From the NCBI GenBank assembly GCA_030583805.1, contig CP129476.1:669640-733639 (forward strand): 64,000 nt of DNA, read 5' to 3'. Shown in pieces: positions 30,012 through 39,497 of this stretch (positions are counted from its first letter, which is position 1; each line of letters opens with the position of its first letter). The DNA comes from Patescibacteria group bacterium (GTDB taxonomy: Bacteria > Patescibacteriota > Patescibacteriia > SG8-24 > DYFX01). The notes below the pieces were generated by a model. The model was not told the origin of the DNA. It did no database searches and was given only the letters and a program-made list of their open reading frames with translations. A program made the position numbers and the translations under genes.

Positions 30012-30746
30012 TCAGTGTGCCGCCGAGGATGGCGGCGCGGATTGATCGGATGAAGACGTGCCGTCGCGCGGCTTCGCCTTGATCGTGAGCAGACGGGAGA
30101 TGAACGAGATGTGGGCCGCCGACAGGAAGGCGATCGAGGAAAGGCACCACACGGCGGCGCGTTCGTCCTTGTTCCCGGTGAGTTGCCACGCCAGGAACGG
30201 TCCGAGGACGAAATGGTAGGCCACGAACCGCCAGCTGCCGTAGACGATCGGGACGATGAAGACCGTGATCCAGTACGACAGGTAGTTGGGATCGAAGTTC
30301 GACAGCGTGAGCCGCCAGGCGATGTGCCACTCTCCGTGGTACGAACAGGTGTCGAGCCCGCAGAGCGCCTGCTTAGCCACGTTGCAAACGCCGAAGTGGC
30401 CTTGCCCCGTGAGCATGGAGAGCATGAACGCCGAACCGACGATGCACATCGGCCAGACCCAGCGCGCGGCCTTGCGCCGCTCGGCTGGCAGCCACGAGAG
30501 CGCGAACATGTTCACGAAGAACGGCTGGAAGCAGATGTGGATGTACGAAAGGTACGTGAGCGCCGTATTGGCGGGCAGGCCGCATTCGCCGATGACCGCG
30601 TAGGTCAGGCCCTGCAGCGTTTCCATAACGCTGAAGTACGCGAGCGGCAGCCATCGGAACGTCTCATGCCCCTTGTGACGGGACCAGTACGCGCCGGCGA
30701 ATCCGCCGACGGCCAGGGCGAACGAAGCTTCTCCGGACCAACACAT
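30012..30746 (-). CDS. Polytopic membrane protein (hypothetical)
   Basis: 244 aa with about 6 hydrophobic segments rich in W/F/Y. No known motif was recognised. Confidence 0.5.
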   Translation of the reverse strand: MCWSGEASFALAVGGFAGAYWSRHKGHETFRWLPLAYFSVMETLQGLTYAVIGECGLPANTALTYLSYIHICFQPFFVNMFALSWLPAERRKAARWVWPMCIVGSAFMLSMLTGQGHFGVCNVAKQALCGLDTCSYHGEWHIAWRLTLSNFDPNYLSYWITVFIVPIVYGSWRFVAYHFVLGPFLAWQLTGNKDERAAVWCLSSIAFLSAAHISFISRLLTIKAKPRDGTSSSDQSAPPSSAAH

Positions 30747-30867
30747 AGCAGACTCCTCCCCAGACGCGTGTCGTGCGCATGGACGCAGCGATCGTAGGGC
30801 GCGAGCGCCCGCTTGTCAAGACGCGTTCGTTGACGCGGCCCGTTTTTCATGGCACGCTGCACAGACT

Positions 30868-32103
30868 ATGAAACAACGTCCGCTCGCCGTTATTTTCCTG
30901 ACCGCGCTCGTCGACCTGATCGGTATCGGCATTCTGATCCCGGTCATGCCGCAGCTCTTGGCGAATCCCGATTCGCCGCACTATCTGTTCCCGGGCGCCA
31001 TCACGGTCGGACGCGGTTTCATGCTGCTCGGCGCGCTTACGGCCGTTTACCCGCTCATGTCGTTCCTGTCCGCCCCGATCCTCGGACAGCTTTCCGACCG
31101 CTATGGCCGCCGGAAGGTCCTGGCCGTTTGCTTGGCCGGCACGTCGATCGGATACGCGCTTTTCGGCATCGCGATCCTGCTCAAGAGCATCCCCCTTCTT
31201 TTCCTCTCGCGCATCATCGACGGCATCACGGGCGGCAATATCTCGGTGGCGCAAGCCGCCGTCGCCGACATTTCGACGCCCGAGACGCGCGCGAAAAACT
31301 TCGGCAAGCTCGGCGCCGCGTTCGGCCTTGGTTTCATTCTGGGTCCCTTTATCGGCGGCAAGCTCGCCGATCCGAGCGTTGTTTCGTGGTTCAACGCCAC
31401 GACGCCGTTTTGGTTTGCGGCGATCTTGGCCGCATTCAACTTCGCTTCGGTCATGCTGTTCTTTCCGGAGACGCGCAAGTTCGACCCCGTCGCCAAAACC
31501 TTCAACTGGCTCCGTTCGGTCGGCGATATCGGCCGCGCCTGGCGCTGGAAAGAATTGCGGAGCCTGTTCATTGTCGGCTTTCTCTTTTTCTCCGGTTTCT
31601 CCTTTTTCGTTTCCTTTTTCAACGTCTATCTGACGAACCGCTTCGGGTTCACCGAGGGCCGCGTCGGCGAGTACTTCGCGTACGTCGGGTTCTTCATCGT
31701 GCTGGCCCAGGCGCTCTTGATCGGCCCCGTGACCAAGCGCTGGAGCGAAGCGCACATTCTGCGCGTCTCGATGCTCGGAACGGCGCTCACGGTCTTCTCC
31801 ATGCTGCTCGTGCGCGAAACGTGGCAATTGTTCCTTATTCCGCCCTTCATGGCGGCCTCAAACGCCTTGTCAATGTCGAGCCTCGTGAGCGTCGTAAGCA
31901 AAACCGCCGGGCCGGAACGTCAAGGCGAAATCCTCGGCTTGAACGCCAGCATCCAATCGCTTTCGAACGCGCTGCCGCCCCTGCTCGCGGGACTGATTGC
32001 CGCCCGCCTTACGCCCGAAGCGCCGATCGCGATCGGCGCCTTCATCTGTCTGGTCGGTTGGATGGCCTTCGGCCTCGCGACCCGCACGGCGAAAGAAGCG
32101 TAA
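30868..32103 (+). CDS. MFS transporter (DHA1/TetA-like)
   Basis: 411 aa with 12 predicted TM segments and MFS motif A-like GQLSDRYGRRKVL. Confidence 0.85.
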   Translation: MKQRPLAVIFLTALVDLIGIGILIPVMPQLLANPDSPHYLFPGAITVGRGFMLLGALTAVYPLMSFLSAPILGQLSDRYGRRKVLAVCLAGTSIGYALFGIAILLKSIPLLFLSRIIDGITGGNISVAQAAVADISTPETRAKNFGKLGAAFGLGFILGPFIGGKLADPSVVSWFNATTPFWFAAILAAFNFASVMLFFPETRKFDPVAKTFNWLRSVGDIGRAWRWKELRSLFIVGFLFFSGFSFFVSFFNVYLTNRFGFTEGRVGEYFAYVGFFIVLAQALLIGPVTKRWSEAHILRVSMLGTALTVFSMLLVRETWQLFLIPPFMAASNALSMSSLVSVVSKTAGPERQGEILGLNASIQSLSNALPPLLAGLIAARLTPEAPIAIGAFICLVGWMAFGLATRTAKEA

Positions 32104-32174
32104 ACGAAAAGCGCGTCTGACCGGCCGATGCCGATGGAAGACGCGCTTACGGTTCCAGAATCTCGTCGGTAGAA

Positions 32175-33224
32175 GTGGCCGACTCGGTTGAGCTGGCCGA
32201 ATCAACCGGCGTCGTTGTAGCAGAATCGTATTCCGATGTCGAAGACGGCGTTTCGTATTTCCACATCCGTACATCGAACAGCGCCGGATGGGGGCCGACG
32301 ACGCACTATCGCGTACAAGTCGACACGAAACCGCCTGAAGCGTTTGCCGTCACGGTCGAAACCGGCCTGACGACGCTCCTGAAAGCCGCGGCGAAAGACG
32401 CCACGTCCGGCATCGCCTCGTACATCGTGCAGGTCGATGACGGAGAGAGCGTCGAGGTCGATATGAAACAACTTGAGGCCGGCACGTATGTTCTTGAGAA
32501 CTTGCCGGCCGGAGCGCACAGCGTCCTGGTAACGGCGTACGACAAGGCCGGCAACTTCACGTCGACAACCGCGAGCTTTACGTCCGTGACCGCGCAAGCG
32601 CCTGTGATTGCCGAATATCCGGCAGAACTGTCCGACGGCGACGTTTTGACGCTGAAAGGCACGACCTATCCGAACGCGCAGTTGTCGATTTGGCTGCAGC
32701 GGGACTCAAAGGACATCCAGCGCTATACGCTCAAAGCGGACGAAAACGGCGCGTTCACGTTCGTCGGACCGGATCGCGTCAAAGGCGGTTTGTATCAGGT
32801 TTGGATGGAAGCCGTCACCGACCAAGGCTTCCGCACCGACGTCTCCAAGCCGATCTTCGTGAACGTCAAACAGACGGAGTTCTGGAGGCGGCTGGCCGAG
32901 TTGCAGAAGTACCTCACAGTCATCGTGCCGATCGTCGCCCTGACAATGACGCTCGTCTTGGTCATGCTGCACGGCGTGCAAAAAGCCGTCCGCCTGCGCC
33001 GCCGCATCCACCGTGAAATCGGCGACGTGGAAGGCGAGATTCATAAAGCCTTCGACACCCTGCGCACCGACCTGCGCGACCATCTGAAATCGCTCGAGAA
33101 GGCCAGGAACCAGCGCGAGCTGACGCCGGATGAGGAGAAAATCGCCGCGCGACTGAAGAAGAATCTTGACCTCGCGGAGAAGGCGCTCAAAAAGACGGTG
33201 GAAAAAATTGAAAAAGACGTCTAA
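32175..33224 (+). CDS. Ig-like-domain protein with C-terminal TM anchor and coiled-coil tail; possibly 5'-truncated
   Basis: GTG start with no SD and no signal peptide. Beta-rich Ig-like segments are followed by a TM helix (LTVIVPIVALTMTLVLVMLHGV) and a charged coiled-coil tail. Confidence 0.45.
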   Translation: MADSVELAESTGVVVAESYSDVEDGVSYFHIRTSNSAGWGPTTHYRVQVDTKPPEAFAVTVETGLTTLLKAAAKDATSGIASYIVQVDDGESVEVDMKQLEAGTYVLENLPAGAHSVLVTAYDKAGNFTSTTASFTSVTAQAPVIAEYPAELSDGDVLTLKGTTYPNAQLSIWLQRDSKDIQRYTLKADENGAFTFVGPDRVKGGLYQVWMEAVTDQGFRTDVSKPIFVNVKQTEFWRRLAELQKYLTVIVPIVALTMTLVLVMLHGVQKAVRLRRRIHREIGDVEGEIHKAFDTLRTDLRDHLKSLEKARNQRELTPDEEKIAARLKKNLDLAEKALKKTVEKIEKDV

Positions 33225-33251
33225 ACGAAACGCCCGCTTGCAAGCGGGCGT

Positions 33252-35555
33252 TTACCGTTTCACTTCTTCCGCGATCGCTTCGTCAAAGGGTCGTTCGAGC
33301 TCAGACGACTGGCGTTCCCACAACTGTTCCAGCGACGCGATCGGTGATCCCCAGTCATACGCGGAGACGTACGCATCACCGAGTAATGGGAGTTCGGTCA
33401 TCCAATCTTCCGCAAGCGCACGTTCCTGGACACCGGGCAGGATTTGCCTCAACCGCCTGCCGCTATCGATCAGGTAGGCGTGATCGTTTCCGTACATGCG
33501 CACGACGGTTCCCGGACGGTAGCCGATCGAAAGGCCGAGCGGGAGTTTTGCCAGTTGATATTCCGGTACGGTTTCGATTTCGTCGTGCAATCGCCAGCTT
33601 TCGACAGTCGCCGCGTCCAAGAACACATGCCGCACTCTTTCCTTGTCGAGATAATAAGCCGTCGCCGTCCTCGTTCCTCTAAAGACGTCGCCGGGATGGG
33701 CATGCGGGACGCGCGACGCCTCGCACAATTCGGGAAACGCGGTGAGGTCGATGGATTGTCCGCGCTCGTAGACGCGCGTATCCCTGAGAATCCGCACATC
33801 TTCAATGACAGCCCCGTCCGCGAGCACGCGCACGCGAATCTCGTGGCTGTACCCACCCGTCGCTTCAATGTGTACATAACGCCGATGATTGAGACGCTCG
33901 ATATGAACGACGATATCATCGTCCGTTCGCCCGCTGAGCTGGTCGAAGACGTACGTGGTCTCGATATCGGTGAGCCGCGCCACTCGAGGGCGCTCCTCAA
34001 CGCCGCTCTCGCCGCCCTGAAGATTGATAAGATACGGCTCCAGCGACATGTGTTCGTAGTCGGCGCGACACTGCGGCTCGACGCCGGGCGCGATGATCTT
34101 CTCGCCGTCCGGCGTCCTGATCGTTTCATGCGCATGCGGCGAATGGCACTGGTCGGCCGCATCCAGCCGCACGGCAACGACCTCGGGTTCGGACATCAGC
34201 CCGAAGGGGCTCATGAATTGAACGTACGCTGTTTTCAAGCCGTCGCCCTCCGACAGCACAAACGGCACCGCCTCTACGCGCAACACGTCGCCGTAATACG
34301 GAATCCATTCTGAACCAGAAAATTCTGGATCTTCGCTGATGCGCACGCGATGCGCGTTGTGGGCATGCACGAGAATCGCGATATTTCTTGTTGTTGTGCA
34401 CAGTTCCGGATCGGTGGCGATCTCGATGTTCGTCGGCAAAATCGCGCCGGAGCCGCCCTGATACCCCGGCATCGTGATGATTTTCGCCGTGTTCGACCGC
34501 GCGGATTCGTTTCCGCTCGAATCGGACGCTTTCATCGCAAAGTAGTAGGTCGCTTCGGGGGCCAGACCCTCGATCGACATCGTTTGGCGCGTACCCGCCA
34601 CTTCCGGCACCGGCACGCCCGTGATTTGCCGCGCCACGACAAAATCGGTCTCAGTCACGATCGGCGTAAGCGCGTAGCGGATATCGTATGAAAAAGCGGT
34701 TCCGACCACACCGTCATCACCGGGAGCCGTCCATGCCAACTCGACGACCGATGCCGCCGGATTCACGGCGACTAAATCCGCAATCGCTGCGGGAGGCGTC
34801 GCGTCCTCTTGGAAACGCACAATGTGCCCGCGCCAGCCCACGGCAGCACCGGAGACCGCAGTCACGACACCTTGAAGACCCGGGCTATTGGCGAGGTTAT
34901 CGCCCGCCGCGAATGCCGCGTCGGGAGCCGTACCGGGACCTGAGGTATTGAAGTCTTGCCGCTCGACGAATCCCTCGCTGCCATTGCTCCACGAGGGGTT
35001 AGTCAACGCTCTTGATGCACCGATCGTGAAAGCGGCAAAAACTAGTTCGTTCGCTTCCGTCGTCGTCACGTTTCCGGAAAAAGGCGCGCGACTGTTTCCT
35101 TCCGCCCCGCTCGATCCGACATACGCCAGCGAGCCCGCGTATTCATACACGTGCAGTCCGATAGAACCCGGATTGGAAGCAGCCGTTACGGAGACCGATT
35201 GCTCTCCTCCAACCGCTCGCTTGAAAAATACGGCCTGACTGATCGCGCCAGCTTGATTGATTGCGGTATCCCAACCGTGCGGTTCCGCAATTGCCGCATT
35301 TCCATTCGCTCCGACCACGGCGATCAACATGTGCCCGGACGATACGGCCGAAGAAAAAACAGTGCTGACGGTTGTCGGGTCAGCCTCCGTTGCAAGCTTC
35401 ACGCCTTGCGCGGCCTGCACGAATGTCGCCGCCTGCGTAGGACCCGCCGAAAACAAAAGTGCGCCGCCGAACGTGAAGAGCGCAACAGCCGCCAACATCC
35501 GACGCGCCGTCCGCGTGCGGTTCTTTTGTAAAAGCCGAAGTTCCGTATGCGGCAT
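33252..35555 (-). CDS. Large secreted protein with fibronectin type III domain (hypothetical)
   Basis: A long Tat/Sec-like signal (…TRTARRMLAAVALFTFGGALLFSAGPTQA) is followed by an FN3-like segment (APGDDGVVGTAFSYDIRYA...YYFAMKASDSSGNES). Confidence 0.6.
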   Translation of the reverse strand: MPHTELRLLQKNRTRTARRMLAAVALFTFGGALLFSAGPTQAATFVQAAQGVKLATEADPTTVSTVFSSAVSSGHMLIAVVGANGNAAIAEPHGWDTAINQAGAISQAVFFKRAVGGEQSVSVTAASNPGSIGLHVYEYAGSLAYVGSSGAEGNSRAPFSGNVTTTEANELVFAAFTIGASRALTNPSWSNGSEGFVERQDFNTSGPGTAPDAAFAAGDNLANSPGLQGVVTAVSGAAVGWRGHIVRFQEDATPPAAIADLVAVNPAASVVELAWTAPGDDGVVGTAFSYDIRYALTPIVTETDFVVARQITGVPVPEVAGTRQTMSIEGLAPEATYYFAMKASDSSGNESARSNTAKIITMPGYQGGSGAILPTNIEIATDPELCTTTRNIAILVHAHNAHRVRISEDPEFSGSEWIPYYGDVLRVEAVPFVLSEGDGLKTAYVQFMSPFGLMSEPEVVAVRLDAADQCHSPHAHETIRTPDGEKIIAPGVEPQCRADYEHMSLEPYLINLQGGESGVEERPRVARLTDIETTYVFDQLSGRTDDDIVVHIERLNHRRYVHIEATGGYSHEIRVRVLADGAVIEDVRILRDTRVYERGQSIDLTAFPELCEASRVPHAHPGDVFRGTRTATAYYLDKERVRHVFLDAATVESWRLHDEIETVPEYQLAKLPLGLSIGYRPGTVVRMYGNDHAYLIDSGRRLRQILPGVQERALAEDWMTELPLLGDAYVSAYDWGSPIASLEQLWERQSSELERPFDEAIAEEVKR

Positions 35556-35658
35556 GGTGCAAAATACCCTTATATCATAGCAAAAAAATACCATTTTGTC
35601 CATTCTCTTCAGCAAAAAAACGCCCCCTTTCGGGAGCGTTTTTTTGGAACCGGGTCGA

Positions 35659-38600
35659 TTAGAGTGCGGTCAGGTCGACGGTGAATTCGCAGCCGGCAGG
35701 GTTCGTGAGATCAACCCTCCAACCGCTCAAGAAGTCGCTGTCGACGTTGCGCATGTTGACCAAGTTGACCGTGTAGCCGGCTTGGCCGCGGATGCTCAGG
35801 TTACCCGCGCGGATCGAGCCGTCGGCCTGAACGGCCGGTTGCGTCGGCACGTGCACCTGGAAGGTGGCCGACACGCCGGGTGCGACCTGGCAGGTATCGT
35901 GCACGCGGAGCGTGTTGCCCTGGAAGCGCAGGTCGCGCAGCCACGACTGAACGTAGCTCGAGTTGCGGGAATAGGCCGGTGTCAGGTTCGCCTGGGCGGT
36001 GACGACGTCGCCGGACCTGGAGTACGTCATCGAAGAAACGGATTCGTTCTGTTCGATGGCCGAACCGTTGCGGTCGAAGCGGACGACGTTCTGACCGACA
36101 ACGCTCATCTGGATGCCGCTGTGCGACCAGATGTTCGAGGTCGCGGCGAGCCAACCGTTGCGATACAGCGTGAAGGCGCCCTGGTCGTGATGCGCGTGCG
36201 ATTCGTCATACGGACCGGCGACGAACGACATCCAGAAGGCGTCGCGGTTCCACGAGTTGCGAGCGAAGAAGTGGCCGACGCCCGTGGCGTGGTATTCAAG
36301 CGCGGTTGGCGGCGTCGCGACGTCCGAGATGGTCAGCACGCCGGTGCGGCGGTTGAAGCCGTCCAAGGACGAATCGGAGTTGTTCTCGAGCCACCAGACG
36401 CCGCGGCGCGCCTGCTCGGTGCCCGGGTTGAGGGCAACGGCTTCACGCACGAGGTTCTCATGGTAGTCGTAGATTTCCGGCTGCGAGACGCGCGACTGGT
36501 CGCCGATCGGGGCGAAACGGTCGAGCGTCGGAACGGTCGCGTGAACCCAGTAATCGATCGTATCCCGGGCGTGCGTCGAGAGGCGCGAGAGATCTTCGCC
36601 GGTCGAAGCCTTCCACATGCGATAGTTCTCGAAGAGATTCTTCTGCGCCGTGCCGTATCCGGTACCTTCGCGGCTACCGCCGCCGCTGATGCGGGCGAAG
36701 TAGTTCACGAGGGGCGGGAACTTGTTCTGCTGGAGGAAGTTGATCCACGTCATGTTCTTCGAAGCGAGCGCCCAAAGCTGGGTGGCTTCCAAGAAGCTGA
36801 AGTGGTAGTTGTTGCCCGGGTTATCGATCGACCAGCCGCTCCACGGAGCGGAACGGGTGCCCCATCGGGCGGTCGACGGATTCCAGACGTTATAGATCGT
36901 CTGGTCGGCATACGCGATCCAGCGCGCGCGCTGGGACGGCGTCATGCGGTCGTAGCCGCGGTCGAACGTAAGCGCGACCTGTTCGATGTTCCAGCCGACT
37001 TCAAGGTACGAGTCGCCGGCGACATCGGGGTTCCGTCCGGCGGCGATCGCCGCTTCCGCAGCCGCAACCATGGCGTCGACCCTCGTGATGGCGTGGTCGA
37101 TATAGCTCGTCGTACCCGTGAGGGCGTACATCACGGCAGCGTCGCTCGGCGTGTAGTCGTAGCCGGGAGAGCCTGCGACAGCGGCATCCACCCAGGCCTT
37201 AAAGCTGGCGTAGCCTGATGCGGACGTGCTGAAGTTTTGAAGCGAGATGAAGGGGCGGTTGACCGGAAGGGTATACGTGTACCCCGGATAGACAGAACCG
37301 GTCGAAGGCGGCGTGCACGTCTGCGTGGTCGCCGGGCTCGGCGTGGTGACGCCGGCGCAGTCGGTCGTCATGGTGCACGAACGCGTCTGGCTGCCGCTCG
37401 CGGAGCAGGCGTTCCAGGCAGTACACGTCCAGGTGTCGGCGGTGCAGGAAGGCGTCGTCGTGGGCGGCGTGCACGACTGGGTCGTGGCCGGGCTCGGCGT
37501 GGTGACGCCAGGGCAGTCCGAGGTCATGCTGCACGAACGCGTCTGGGAACCGCTCGCGGAGCAGGCGTTCCAGTCGGTGCAAGACCACGTGTCGGCGGTG
37601 CAGGAAGGCGACGTCGAAGGCGGCGTGCACGACTGGGTCGTGGCCGGGCTCGGCGTGGTGACGCCGGCGCAGTCGTACGTCATGAGACAGCTGCGCGCTT
37701 GGCTGCCGCTCGACGAACACATAACCCAATCGGTGCAGGACCAGGTGTCCGCGGTGCAGCTCTGCGTCGGGGCCGTGCTCGATCCTTGCTGCACGACATA
37801 CAGGTGCGCGTCATCAACGGTCGCAGTAATCGTGCCGCCATCGTCCAGCTTGAACTGGAAGTAGACGCGGTCGAGGCGCTGGCCGTTGGTATTCAGCGTC
37901 AGATAGACGTCGACAATCTGCGTGCTGACAGGATAGTCCTGGCACGTTGAGGACGGATCGCTCGAGGTCATCGTGTACGCGATCGAACACACCTGCAGGC
38001 GAAGACCCGAAGCCGAAGCGCTGTCGACGCGCATTTTTGCCTTGACGGTGAGCGAGTTCGCGATCGGGCCGCCGTTATACGGATAGGCCTTTTCAAAGGC
38101 GACGCGGCCGTACGAGTTCGCGGTGACGCGCAGGCTGCTCGTGCCTTGAATGGCGTTGGCAGCGAGACGCGAGACGGTACCGTCCGAGCTTCCGTTCGGC
38201 TCGAAGCCGCCAACCGTCGTTTCAAAGCCGTTGTCGGTAATAAGGTCGACGAGTTCATAGCCCGAAGGCACCGTCGGCATCTGGCCGGTGGTCGCCGGCG
38301 GAGTCGTCGTTGCAGGCGGCGTGCAGGATTGCGTGGTGGCCGGACTCGGCGTCGAAACACCCGCGCATTCGTTCGTGATGATGCAGACGCGCATCTGGCT
38401 GCCGCTCGAAGAGCAGGCGTTCCAGTCGGTGCAGGACCAGACATCAGCGGTGCAGGAAGGCGTAGACGAAATCGGCGTGCAGGACTGGGTCGTGGCCGGA
38501 CTCGGCGTAACGACGCCGGCGCAGTCTTCCGTCATGGTGCACAAACGCGTCTGGCTGCCGCTCGAAGAACAGGCGTTCCACTCGGTGCACGACCACGTGT

Positions 38601-39369
38601 CGGCCGTGCAGGAAGGCGTCGTCGTGGGCGGGGTGCAGGATTGCGTGGTGGCCGGGCTCGGCGTAACGACGCCGGCGCAGTCAGCCGTCATGGTGCACGT
38701 GCGCGTCTGGGAACCGCTTGCGGAGCAGGCGTTCCACTCGGAGCACGACCACGTGTCGGCCGTGCAGGAAGGCGCCGGAGGAGGCGTCGTGCCGGTCGGA
38801 GCGTCAGGAAGAGGCGCGGTCGGCGTCAATGCGCCCAAATTTTTGTCGGCATTGATCGTCGTGGCGGAGGCGAGTTCCGCATTGCGGTCGTAGTCGGAAG
38901 CGGAAACGATCTGGGAGCCGATCGTATAGTTTACGAAGAAAGCATCCGGAATATCGTCGACAAGCGTGGCCCAACCGGAGCCGAAGATGGCCGCAGCCAC
39001 GGACTCAGACGCGATATGACGCAAAACGCCTCCGCGAGAAACCGCGTAGACTTTCGGGTCGGTATCGATCTTCACCATGCGGAAACCCGGGCGGTAGGTG
39101 ACGTTTCCGCCGATGCGCGCTTCGGTCAACTCAGCGGCCGTGACGTTCTGGACGCTGGAAAAGTCGACGTACCACGTGCGGAAAACACGCTCGTTCGGAA
39201 AGACGTAACGCCGGCCGTTGGTGGCGTAGTAATAGACGGCGGGATGATCGGCGCGCTTGATCAGCGAGCCCGGCGCCGGGGCGGCGTGCGCCAAAGGCGG
39301 CATGCCGAGAAGAGACGTCGCGAGCGTTATAAGAAGGATCAAGGCACGGAACGCGTTCGTCTTCTTCAT
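35659..39369 (-). CDS. Giant secreted protein: conserved N-terminal domain, 6 copies of a ~47-aa six-Cys module, and a C-terminal heparinase II/III-like polysaccharide lyase domain
   Basis: 1236 aa with a signal peptide. The repeats read SCTADTWSCTDWNACSASGSQTRSCTMTTDCAGVTTPSPATTQSCTPP. The C-terminal alpha/alpha-toroid-like region carries YDESHAHHDQGAFTLYRNGW, like the His/Tyr catalytic motif of the heparinase II/III family. Confidence 0.7.
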   Translation of the reverse strand: MKKTNAFRALILLITLATSLLGMPPLAHAAPAPGSLIKRADHPAVYYYATNGRRYVFPNERVFRTWYVDFSSVQNVTAAELTEARIGGNVTYRPGFRMVKIDTDPKVYAVSRGGVLRHIASESVAAAIFGSGWATLVDDIPDAFFVNYTIGSQIVSASDYDRNAELASATTINADKNLGALTPTAPLPDAPTGTTPPPAPSCTADTWSCSEWNACSASGSQTRTCTMTADCAGVVTPSPATTQSCTPPTTTPSCTADTWSCTEWNACSSSGSQTRLCTMTEDCAGVVTPSPATTQSCTPISSTPSCTADVWSCTDWNACSSSGSQMRVCIITNECAGVSTPSPATTQSCTPPATTTPPATTGQMPTVPSGYELVDLITDNGFETTVGGFEPNGSSDGTVSRLAANAIQGTSSLRVTANSYGRVAFEKAYPYNGGPIANSLTVKAKMRVDSASASGLRLQVCSIAYTMTSSDPSSTCQDYPVSTQIVDVYLTLNTNGQRLDRVYFQFKLDDGGTITATVDDAHLYVVQQGSSTAPTQSCTADTWSCTDWVMCSSSGSQARSCLMTYDCAGVTTPSPATTQSCTPPSTSPSCTADTWSCTDWNACSASGSQTRSCSMTSDCPGVTTPSPATTQSCTPPTTTPSCTADTWTCTAWNACSASGSQTRSCTMTTDCAGVTTPSPATTQTCTPPSTGSVYPGYTYTLPVNRPFISLQNFSTSASGYASFKAWVDAAVAGSPGYDYTPSDAAVMYALTGTTSYIDHAITRVDAMVAAAEAAIAAGRNPDVAGDSYLEVGWNIEQVALTFDRGYDRMTPSQRARWIAYADQTIYNVWNPSTARWGTRSAPWSGWSIDNPGNNYHFSFLEATQLWALASKNMTWINFLQQNKFPPLVNYFARISGGGSREGTGYGTAQKNLFENYRMWKASTGEDLSRLSTHARDTIDYWVHATVPTLDRFAPIGDQSRVSQPEIYDYHENLVREAVALNPGTEQARRGVWWLENNSDSSLDGFNRRTGVLTISDVATPPTALEYHATGVGHFFARNSWNRDAFWMSFVAGPYDESHAHHDQGAFTLYRNGWLAATSNIWSHSGIQMSVVGQNVVRFDRNGSAIEQNESVSSMTYSRSGDVVTAQANLTPAYSRNSSYVQSWLRDLRFQGNTLRVHDTCQVAPGVSATFQVHVPTQPAVQADGSIRAGNLSIRGQAGYTVNLVNMRNVDSDFLSGWRVDLTNPAGCEFTVDLTAL
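37300..37750 (-). repeat. Intragenic tandem repeat (3 x ~150 bp) encoding the six-Cys module
   Basis: The nucleotide-level repeats also give repetitive antisense ORFs. Confidence 0.7.
38320..38770 (-). repeat. Intragenic tandem repeat (3 x ~150 bp) encoding the six-Cys module
   Basis: Same unit as 37300-37750. Confidence 0.7.
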
Positions 39370-39393
39370 AGGCTTTTGAGTTTCAAGGCCTTC

Positions 39394-39422
39394 ATTGTAT
39401 CAAAAAAACGTCAAGAGTTCAA
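39394..39422 (-). promoter_or_regulatory. Sigma-70-type promoter of giant gene 1, duplicated at 42882-42910
   Basis: Minus strand reads TTGAAC, 17 nt, then TACAAT. The ~45 nt from the ATG upstream are identical between the two paralogues. Confidence 0.5.
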
Positions 39423-39437
39423 GAGCAGTTTTTGCAC

Positions 39438-39480
39438 TGTTGCAACAAAAAAGACACCCGCGACGAGTTGCCGCGGGTGT
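39438..39480 (-). terminator. Terminator of giant gene 2
   Basis: Minus strand reads aagacacccgcggcaactcgtcgcgggtgtctttttt. Confidence 0.6.
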
Positions 39481-39497
39481 CTTAGGCTTATTCTCGA

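Noticed and set aside
37300-38770. Regular ~150-bp repeats that could be mistaken for a CRISPR-like or satellite array.
   Set aside because: The repeats are in-frame coding repeats of the six-Cys module inside a continuous 1236-aa ORF. There are no unique spacers and no cas genes.
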